Positions 1 to 9,920 of a stretch of DNA of 64,000 nucleotides are shown here, piece by piece; the stretch's first letter is position 1, and every line of letters starts with the position of its first letter. The DNA is taken from positions 260,505-324,504 of the forward strand of contig RHPI01001517.1 in NCBI GenBank assembly GCA_009103225.1, given 5' to 3'. The notes under the pieces are model-generated. The model was given only the letters and a program-made list of their open reading frames with translations. It ran no database searches and was not told where the DNA came from. Position numbers and translations under genes: made by a program. The stretch is from Chlorokybus atmophyticus. Lineage: Eukaryota; Plantae; Mesostigma and Chlorokybus algae.

Positions 1-1728
1 GCAAGTGACAACCGGAGGCGTGGCTAAGAACGTTCAAGCGTCGCCGTTTGTTATCCGTAAGAGTGACAGCAAGATGGCGTGTTTGACAACGACAACACGC
101 ATGCACCATGTGGGCAAAGACCACTTGTCTCCATAGAGGCATAACGCAGACATGGAAGGCAACAACGTTGGGGCCTGGGAAGAGAGGGATTGGAAAGACA
201 GTGATGACCTTGACGCGGCGTGTGTGACTTGGCGAGGCAACGGGATCGTGATAGGTGCGGATGTAGTGCGCGTGCATTTGTGGTTTGAGTTGGTAAAGCT
301 GAAGAGTCGCTTGCAAATCGCGCACTGCGGCATGCGCAGCTATCGGCTTTACCATGTAGGAGCAGTTGCATATACAGACAACCCCCACGCTAAGGTACCG
401 CCGAAGCAGCTGGCCAGCTTCCTTGACCGCACAAGCGATGCTGTGTGGTATTGACCAAGCTTGATGACTGTGCTCGGTTTGTCCAGTGCAATGTAGGTAG
501 GATTGGGCACACAGCCCTTGTGGTCACAACGGTTGTGCTATGTGCCACCAGTGCAGAACTGGCTCACCATGCAGCCTTGCTGCTAGAAGCCAAATCAGTG
601 CGTGTCCTCAGAGATGTTGATGGACGTCTTGCAGTATTGTTACGTGTTGTAGTGCAGCAGCAGCTATATCTGTTTGCAACTGCTGCACACGCTGTGTGTG
701 AGATGTCATCAATTGCTGTTGAGTTGCATCATGGCAGCCTGCAGTGAATAACTTGAAGGTTGCAGGCTGAAGTATTCATTTTATACTCCGGAGTTGATGA
801 CATCAAGTCAGGTAGCCGCCAACAACGCTGCAGACAAGCGGAGACGGCCTACAAGCACGTCAGGTCGCACATGCATTGCACGTTTCATACAATGCATTCA
901 ATTACCTTTAACTACAGACTTGACATGTCATATTATTATATCATGTTGAATTATATGAAAGCATCATGTAGTATCATCTGATACAATAGTATTTGTAGAG
1001 TACATGATGTGGCCCGGATCACACATATGATGAAATAGGGGCGCTTTATTTCGGCTGAGCCCGAACGCAAGTAGATCAAACACAACACCAACACTTTTAC
1101 GCAAGCGGGTGATTTTGATAGAGACAATAATCACTTTTCAACTTAATGGCAATAAGGATACATATGAGTACACTCTGGAAAATACCTATGCAAGTAACGC
1201 ACATGAGAAGCACGCAAGCGCACAAACATGTGCGCCAACTTTTGTAGAGATAGCCAAGGGAAGGGGCAAAAGCCGGCTACGTACGCTATTGAAGTGCACT
1301 GAGATGGAGGGGAAGCATGCAGGCAGAGTTGCAACAAGGGCAAGCAGACACATATACCAACAAAGGCATGTACCAAGATGGGCAGTTATGAATTCATTGA
1401 AATTAGCAAACGATGCTACCAAAAAAGATCACCTTACACGTGTATAATTGATTGACTATATATATATATATAATTAGTAGATATTATGCATCACCTCGTA
1501 TGTTTGAAACATACCGATCATCCACTCTGTTTAACAACCTGTTGAATGTTAAGATATTGTAGTGTAAGAATTAATGCATGTGTCTTGAATAACGACTTTG
1601 AAGTAATGACGACGAACACCCACGCGTGTGCGTACTGTGCAGCATGCACAAGTTGAGACGTGCTGATGAAAGTCACAAGGCTTGTATACTATGTATAAAC
1701 TCTTGCTTATGCGATTCAAAACAGTTGC

Positions 1729-1800
1729 GGGGCTGTGGCGCAATGGTAGCGCGTTCGACTCCAGATCGAAAGGTTGGGCGTTCGATTCGCTTCAGCCTCA
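1729..1800 (+). tRNA. trnW-CCA: tRNA-Trp (anticodon CCA), intronless
   Basis: Full cloverleaf: acceptor GGGGCTG/CAGCCTC+A, D arm GCGC-AATGGTA-GCGC, anticodon stem TTCGA-CTCCAGA-TCGAA, T loop TTCGATT. Pol III T-run (TTTT, 1805-1808) downstream and a TATA-like stretch about 30-45 nt upstream. Confidence 0.97.
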
Positions 1801-2219
1801 ACCCTTTTAGCACATCTTACGTCTGACATCTCTTGTCAAGCAGCAGCTGTGGCATGCAATAATGTGCATTCTGATGATACACATGCACTTACCCACCAGT
1901 ATGCACATCTCAAGTTAGGATATGTGCTCACACCCCTTCCAACGCCCACCAAAGAGGGTATTTGTTTGAATGTTTACTGCAACAATTTGGTTTGTGCGCA
2001 TTCACATATATCATGCATCTGCACTACACAAGCATTGGCCCAAGCTTGCGTTAGACGTGTCACGAAAGATCCACGTACCACGTACCACGTTAGATGTCAA
2101 CATACGTAAAATATTAATAATAATTATTATAATATAATTACCTCTTTATATGCGTTTGCGTGTATCATTATTACGACTTATAATTGGAGCTCAATAATGC
2201 GGTAATCAATGTTATGAGA

Positions 2220-2374
2220 CAAAGAATGGTTATATGGTTCAACAACATTATAATTAATGATATTATATTGTTACGTTTAAAGGACTGGCTTAATATTGAA
2301 CAAAAAATGGTTATATGGTTGAATAACATTATCATAAATGATATTATATTGTTACGTCCAAAGAACTGGCTTAA
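2220..2374. repeat. AT-rich tandem duplication, period 81 bp, about 2 diverged copies
   Basis: CAAAGAATGGTTATATGGTT...GGACTGGCTTAA at 2220 recurs as CAAAAAATGGTTATATGGTT...GAACTGGCTTAA at 2301. Confidence 0.9.
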
Positions 2375-2880
2375 GTCACTTTCAGTTCGTTACTTATGTG
2401 GTAAGTAAGAAAGACTAAGTGAGGATTTCGTATAGTCATGGTGTATGTAGCACCTAGCATATGTGCTCATGAAGTCGGGTCTTATCCACTTAGTGTAATG
2501 ATCTAGCTGCTACATAAGGCATTGTCTACAAGTAAGTAACTACAGGACTGGTCAGTGTCAAGCGCAGAGTTGCTAAGGCATAAAAAGTGTTGCCCTTTTG
2601 TTGAAGTGTCTGAGGTTGGACAGAGTCAGACTGTGCTGACACGCCAGCGCATAAGTGGCAAGGCCTTGTTGGCCTCGAACATCTGATGTGCCAGGTTGGA
2701 GAGCAGCAAGTAGTATAACGACATGGCCACCACCTTGTGGTGGTAAGGAGTCACTTGCCTTGCAAGCACTACCTGTATGTGGGGTGCCTGGCTAAAGCTG
2801 TTGAAGGGTGCTCTCCCCATCTACTCCCTTCAAGTTGTGGATTGTTGCTGGTTGCAAAGTGTGTTGTAAAGTTCAGCTGC

Positions 2881-4680
2881 TTGTGCAGGAGTTTGTGCCC
2901 TCTCAACAGGTAAGTTGAGAAGTCAACGTGACATTGGTATCAGCGCGGTTCTTCAAAAGTTACATGCTTGTGCATCAGCTTGCACATATGTTGCTGGCAG
3001 ATGCGTTGCATTCTTTGCGTATGCTTTGTAGCAGTGTTGCCTTTGAGATTGCATGCTAGTTAATTGTTCCAGCTGCGTGCACACATGCATATCAGGTGTG
3101 GGTTGTATTCCACGCTATCTCCGGCATGTACTGTGTGCATTGCTATTGCACACACTTCGAGCGATATTGAGAGGGTGTGACAGTTGCATTCACACTCATT
3201 ACGTTCTTGTGCACAGCAACAAGTGTTTGAATGGATTTAATTGGTGGAAATGCTGCCAACCTGCTAGCAGCTCAGGTAGCTGAGCTCCTGAACCAGGTGC
3301 CATGGTGGCTGCTAACACATCCATTAAGGAACAGCATGAACAGCAGCTGGTTAAGTTGACAGATGCAATCATTGATGTTGACAAGTTGATGCCACGCCGT
3401 GGATTTCTCTCAAGCGCCCATGAGGGGCAAGGCAAGGATCTTAGTGTTGCTGTGCGTCACATTTTATTTGGATGCAATCGAGTGTTGAGTGCTGTTGAGG
3501 TTGTGTTTGGGTATGAGGCTAAGGCAACTGCACTGTTGACGTCCTACTTGCGGAGCAGTGCTGCATGCATGTGGGAAGAGGCTCCACGCCTAGAGGCCGC
3601 TGGCAAAGATGTCACCAGCCTGAGTGTGTTTGAGAGTGCTATGTTGCAGACCTATGGGGGTGTGAACCCATCGTAAAAAGCATGTGACAAGCTCAGATGC
3701 TTGAAAATCAAGCCCGGGCGGTCAGTGGAGGACTGTACTGTCTTCTTTGAGTCAGTGTGTGCCGAGGTCGGCCCTGACATGCCGCGCTGTGCTGCGGAGA
3801 AGATGGACACGCACCGGGCTGCTCTGTCAGGATACGCAGAAGCTGTTGACCTTCAAGGCCTTTTTTGAGCTTGTCACATGCTTTTTACGATGGGTTCACA
3901 CCCCCATAGGTCTGCAACATAGCACTCTCAAACACACTCAGGCTGGTGACATCTTTGCCAGCGGCCTCTAGGCGTGGAGCCTCTTCCCACATGCATGCAG
4001 CACTGCTCCGCAAGTAGGACGTCAACAGTGCAGTTGCCTTAGCCTCATACCCAAACACAACCTCAACAGCACTCAACACTCGATTGCATCCAAATAAAAT
4101 GTGACGCACAGCAACACTAAGATCCTTGCCTTGCCCCTCATGGGCGCTTGAGAGAAATCCACGGCGTGGCATCAACTTGTCAACATCAATGATTGCATCT
4201 GTCAACTTAACCAGCTGCTGTTCATGCTGTTCCTTAATGGATGTGTTAGCAGCCACCATGGCACCTGGTTCAGGAGCTCAGCTACCTGAGCTGCTAGCAG
4301 GTTGGCAGCATTTCCACCAACTAAATCCATTCAAACACTTGTTGCTGTGCACAAGAACGTAATGAGTGTGAATGCAACTGTCACACCCTCTCAATATCGC
4401 TCGAAGTGTGTGCAATAGCAATGCACACAGTACATGCCGGAGATAGCGTGGAATACAACCCACACCTGATATGCATGTGTGCACGCAGCTGGAACAATTA
4501 ACTAGCATGCAATCTCAAAGGCAACACTGCTACAAAGCATACGCAAAGAATGCAACGCATCTGCCAGCAACATATGTGCAAGCTGATGCACAAGCATGTA
4601 ACTTTTGAAGAACCGCGCTGATACCAATGTCACGTTGACTTCTCAACTTACCTGTTGAGAGGGCACAAACTCCTGCACAA
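2881..4680. repeat. Long inverted repeat: arms 2881-3695 and 3866-4680 (815 bp), 170-bp spacer
   Basis: Arm coordinates sum to 7561. ORF 3302-3676(+) is identical to 3885-4259(-). I saw only one mismatch (GGATTTAATTGG vs GGATTTAGTTGG). Confidence 0.97.
2935..2946 (+). promoter_or_regulatory. Retrotransposon primer-binding site (tRNA-iMet type)
   Basis: TGGTATCAGCGC (consensus TGGTATCAGAGC) lies 1 nt after ...GTGACA, a plausible LTR 3' end at 2933, and upstream of a gag-like ORF. Confidence 0.75.
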
Positions 4681-5410
4681 AAGGCCTTGAAGGTCAACAG
4701 CTTGAATCCTTCACGCATGCTTACTATAATTTGATGAAGCGTACGGCTATGCAGCATGATAACAGCCAGCGCATGCCATTAGTGATCAACTAGGCCAGAA
4801 CCAGGCTGACTCTTGTGAACAGCTCCCAAGCCTCATCGTCCACCATGGCAATGGCAATGGCAATGGCAACAATTGCAAGCATGGGCGCCCAAACAGCAAA
4901 GGCAAGTAGCTCGTCCAGCCTGCCAGCAAGAAGCGTACCCACCTATCAGAGGTCAGCCCTGAGCTGAAGGGTGCTCGCTTGAGGCCGGAGTGTGCCTCAT
5001 GTGCGGGGAGAAGGGCCATCAAGTGGTCACCTGCCCAAACCCCGCCAAAGACAAGCCCGTTGCATAGGATAATGACGGGGTGGAGAGCTGCTCGACTAGC
5101 ATTGTGTTGAACTTTGTTGGAAATGTGCACCCTTCCATGCGCACATGTGATGTTGCTGTATTGGACAATGATATGGGTGTGCCTGTTGACTCCGATGCTC
5201 TGATGCATGACTGTGTGGGCAAGCATGTGCTGCTTGAGGCGCCATTTGACAAGTTGTCAACAGTGCTCAAGCACTATGTATAATGCAAGAGCAAGAGTAC
5301 GCATAACGCAAGTGCATGTGTCATTGTGGCCAAGTACAAAGGACCATAGTTGTCTTTTACGAAAGGCATGCAAGTGGTACAGGAGATTGACAAGGCTTAA
5401 ACTGGCTTAG
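2935..5410 (+). mobile_element. Decayed LTR (Ty3/gypsy-like) retrotransposon 5' part: gag, CCHC zinc knuckle, Dam-like methyltransferase remnant; interrupted by an inverted duplication
   Basis: PBS at 2935. Gag-like ORF from 3302 (TSYLRSSAACMWEE...SLSVFESAMLQTYGGVNPS*KACDKLRCLK) continues past an in-frame stop to 3862 and resumes at 4681. CLMCGEKGHQVVTC (CX2CX4HX4C) at 4993-5034. DALMHDCVGKHVLLEAPF...KHYV*CKSK..ASACVIV at 5194-5350. The start of the 5' LTR is unresolved. Confidence 0.75.
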
Positions 5411-6408
5411 GATGCTCTATGCGTGTCATGTATGCCCCGCCAATTCTCCACACACGACATGACATATAAGGACCATGAATGGTCTGTGCCATCGGACTGG
5501 ATTTCCCCTAGTAAGTAAATTCGGCGGCCCATGCACGGTCCAGATTTCACGTGAATGGTACCATTGTCCTTGAATAGGCACCATGGCTTGTGCGTACTTT
5601 ACATGATATCGTGTGGACCATGCGTAGTCCCAATCACTGATGTAAACTTGCACCAAGCTTGGTCCATGCGCATGAGATCGTATGGACCATGCATGGTTTT
5701 CTGCGATCGTGCCAACAAGCACAAAGGCTGGTCCATGCATGGTTATAGTCATGGACCAGTCTTGGTCTAGTTGATTCACCACAAACGCAATGCATGCATG
5801 GATCAGCCTGCAGCACTGCATTGATACCAAAGCACCGTGTTTGCATCAGATTGAAGCTCTTGAACAGCTATTGAAGAGCTACCCAAACTATCGCACCCTA
5901 TACTTTAAGCTTATCCTTGCGCCAGAGTGTAGAGCAGCTTGCTAAGCCTGCACGCGCATGAACATGTTACTGTACAGGGTGTTTGTGTGAGTTGGTATCA
6001 ATATGTGTGCGACCAGATGTGTGTGTGCGCGTACTAAGTGTGGCACTGATTGGGCGCCTGTACATGCGAAAGTGCATGCATGTGAGACAGAGAGGGCAGC
6101 TGCATGCAGACAAAACTTTGCACGTTGTTGAATCCAATAGCCCTCCACCGCTGGGATCCAACGATCGAGGTTGTCGACAGGGCTGAAGGTTCAAGCATTC
6201 GACTGTGCAAACGGCCAACCAGCTTGCGTTCAACCTCCTGTCTAGCACCCCCGCCCACCCCCGCCCCGCATTGATTGCCTCCGCGAGCTCCTCGAGTGAT
6301 GCCTCACGCAATGCTGCGCGCAGACCGGGCTGGCGAGCAATAGCCTCTGAAACTCCAGCCCGAGCATGTCACCAGCTGATAGGGTTGACAACCCGGTTCT
6401 CAGTGATT

Positions 6409-6427
6409 NNNNNNNNNNNNNNNNNNN
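6409..6427. other. Assembly gap (19 N)
   Basis: N run followed by a G homopolymer. Confidence 0.99.
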
Positions 6428-8696
6428 GGGGGGGGGCTGTCTGCATGCGCAGCTGCAAGGTAAGGTAAATAAAACTGAAACTTGCTGTGTATGTATGTGT
6501 GCGTGCATGCTTGTGTGCATACGCATGCGTGCGTGCGTGCATGCACACGTGTTGCATGTTGTGGTACATGTGGCACTGTTTGTATGCTGTTCATTGGAGG
6601 CCTGTGTATGCAACTAATTATGCGAGACAAAGCAAAGCGGCATGCAGGCAGACCTTGCGCGCACCTTGCTAGCTGATGAAATCGTGACTGTTACTATTAA
6701 TTATTATTAGTTATTTATATTATTATTATATTTATTTTTTAATAGTCGAGCAATGTTAGACAGGTCCGACTGTCAACAGAAACTGCTGGGAGGACAGTCG
6801 AGGACTGTCTTCCCAGCAGAGGCTTGAGGTCCAAGGCCTTCTACAAGCAGCCAACCAGCTTGTATCCGCCGTCCTATGAACAATGAAAACACAGAGGCTG
6901 GCATGAGAGGTTGGTGGGTTGCAATGTTTACAGGCAGCCAACAAGTGCATCTACGCGCGCGCGCGCACGTCCGCGTTCTCATGCGCGTGCAAGCATGCAC
7001 GCGTGTTCACATGCAAGCTTGAGGCTGCTGAATACTTGCATAATTACACAGGACTTGGATGAACTTTTACATCTGTTGCACCCACCCATCCACTTACCAG
7101 AGTCTACAGTCAAGGCTGTCCAAAGGACTGCCAATGGACAGCCCTCTGCGAGGAAAGGGCTGTCCAGGAATGATGTGGGTGGGTGAAGGGATGTTGGGAA
7201 GAGGCTGGGGGGACGGTCTTAGTATTAGAACGGGGCGGGGAGGAAGCAAGAGTGGGAAGTGGAACTGAGTGCGAATGTTGAAACAAAACGGCTTTTGAAA
7301 AAGGCACTTGAACAGGCCAGGACTGTCCAATAATGGGCTGTTGACCTTCATGGAGGATGTTTTGGTAGGATATGACAGCATGCATGTGGGGAGAGAAGAA
7401 GGGTGCGGTCGGTGTGTGGGTATGCACAAAGTGCGTGTGCGTGTGCGTGTCTGCGCACAAATTTATAGATGGAGAAAGGAAGGAGCAGAAAAGCAGTATG
7501 CACGCTCACACATGTGCACATTAGCCTGCTACATGCAGAGTTGACTGCATGTGCGGTGCTCTTGTAGGCATGCGTGTGTGGGAGAGAGTGCATGCGACAT
7601 AGAGACATACACAAGCACATTAGTTACGGCATGTATCTACATGACGTGACAAAGAGTCTTTTATAACATGAACATTTGACTGCATGATGCAATATGTACG
7701 CTGGTAAAGATCATAGTAAAATCTTCGGTCTACGAGGTTATACTTGAGGAAGTCTGCACTTAAGTTATCTACGTAATCACCGCCACCGTAAATGATGGTT
7801 GTGTCAACCACACTGACGTATCTTGAACATGCCGTCGACAAGTAAGTGCAGACCATGAATCAATTGGCGGCGAGCGAAACTCTTGGGCCATATCAATTGA
7901 GTTGTGCATATGTATACAAAAATGGCTGGTACACAACATAGGCCAACTAGTGGGACACGGCGACGTGCATGCAGAGCATTAAGATGCGCATCATATACAT
8001 GATGCTTAATAGAATGGATGCAAACACCTGGACACGGCACACCCCGGGTATTACATTGAATGTGATATTCCCATAGCGTTGCCGAGCTATAAAGATCGTT
8101 CCTATAGCTATGTAGTTACTAACTACATAGCCGAGCAAGCCAATTACACAGGGTGGGCAAGCCACCGCAATGACCAAGCTGTCTACCAATGGCTCACACC
8201 ATGCACACCATGGACACACGACAGCAAACAATATACAATTAACGAATACAAGTTAACCTCAACCATAAACGCATCTAAGCCCACCACACGCACAGGGTGG
8301 GGGGCCACTATACTAGCATAATATGCACTAGCTAGTTCAGAGGGAAGAGGGGCAAGACAAGAAGGGTGAAAGATCACTTGCCAGCACCGCAAAAAAGAAA
8401 TACTAGCACTGAGTACTTTTAATGCGCGACCTAACCCTACAGCCGTTGTAAGTGAGGCCAATAAAGCGAACGGCTCGCGGCGTTGAAATTTTGGTGGGGC
8501 CTAAATTCAACGATGCTAGCACCTGGTTCCCATGCACACTGTTTAGCCGCATGGGCTTCGCTAATCACTTTACGGTGCTAGCAGGTGATGTTCTGCCTTC
8601 ATCTCCGCTTTCACCCTTCCTTCCACCCTTCCCCTGCTCCTTTGCTCTCTCCAGTCTAAGCTAGAGCACTTAGCCTAGCGTAGTGGCCCGCCCCCC

Positions 8697-8936
8697 NNNN
8701 NNNNNNNNNNNNNNNNNNNNNNNNNNNNNNNNNNNNNNNNNNNNNNNNNNNNNNNNNNNNNNNNNNNNNNNNNNNNNNNNNNNNNNNNNNNNNNNNNNNN
8801 NNNNNNNNNNNNNNNNNNNNNNNNNNNNNNNNNNNNNNNNNNNNNNNNNNNNNNNNNNNNNNNNNNNNNNNNNNNNNNNNNNNNNNNNNNNNNNNNNNNN
8901 NNNNNNNNNNNNNNNNNNNNNNNNNNNNNNNNNNNN
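8697..8936. other. Assembly gap (240 N)
   Basis: N run flanked by C homopolymers on both sides. Confidence 0.99.
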
Positions 8937-9406
8937 CCCCCCGGCCGCTGAGTGGTTGTTAGCTTGCTTGTTGGCTGTGTGCTTTATGCTTGCTGCTTAC
9001 CATACCATTAATATGCTACTTGCCTTATCTTTGCTTACCCCTGCTGTGCTGTATATGGCTATCAATTGTAACAATATGCATCTGACATGCTTGATCTTTG
9101 AAGAGATTATTCTCATTCACTGTTGAATACATACATCGTCATCATAATTTGTCAATAGCGGAAAGTGCTTAATATAGAGAAGACGTGATGCTGGGCTTAG
9201 CTACAACCGGGGTACCAATCAATATTTATCAAGTGATTGAAAATGAGCTTCACATCTTCAGTTTTTTTAGGTTTCCAATACCTCAACTTAAAATTGAGGG
9301 TCGGGTGGGATTACTACATCAATTGACAAAGCGCAACTTGAGGGTCAGATGGAGTTGATCATTAAACGAAAACATGAACCTTAAACTGAACCTTATAACC
9401 ACGTTT

Positions 9407-9625
9407 GCAGGTGATTGCACAGTTTTACTTTTCAACACATTGCAATTTGCGTCGAAGTGACAGGTTTGCTAATATCAGCAATCAAAATCATCCCCCAGAT
9501 TACACATGCAGGTAATTGCACAGTTTTACTTTTCAACACGTTGCAATTTACGCTGAAGTGACAGGTTTGCTGCTATCAGCAATCAAAAATCATCCCCCAG
9601 ATTACACAAGCAGACAATTGCAACA
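9407..9625. repeat. Tandem duplication, period about 101 bp, 2 full copies plus a partial third
   Basis: GCAGGT(G/A)ATTGCACAGTTTTACTTTTCAACAC...ATCATCCCCCAGATTACACA starts at 9407 and 9508, with a partial copy at 9610. Confidence 0.92.
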
Positions 9626-9920
9626 GACCGCAGAATTCCGCGGATTGATTGCTCTGCGTAGGCGCCGCGCAGATCTCTGGCCCAGCATTTACAAACACTT
9701 ATCCTCGCAAGTTATGTGAAGCTATTAGCGTTGATGTTAGATGTACAACTTGCGAAAATCGAGTTCAAAATAAGACAATGACACACAAAGCGCATTAACA
9801 AATGCTGCTTGTGTGGCATGCCTCTACTGGCCATGTGATACCATTGGCACAAGCTATTGGCACATGACAATGACTTGCCATGTATACAATCAACCTACGT
9901 CACAATCAAACACGCACAGG

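Noticed and set aside
1-760. ORFs 152-454, 445-747 and minus-strand frames with a Helitron-like H.HALIW or Cys-rich CDHKGC word
   Set aside because: Isolated words interrupted by several stops; no supporting neighbouring motifs, so no call is supportable.
7620-8330. Tyr/Asp-rich ORF 7620-7856(-) and ORF 8079-8321(+) as genes
   Set aside because: Short, with no recognisable domain and no convincing splice partners; may be decayed foreign or TE sequence but unassignable.
2220-9625. CRISPR-like interpretation of the 81-bp and 101-bp repeats
   Set aside because: Directly adjacent units with no unique spacers, eukaryotic context and no cas genes.
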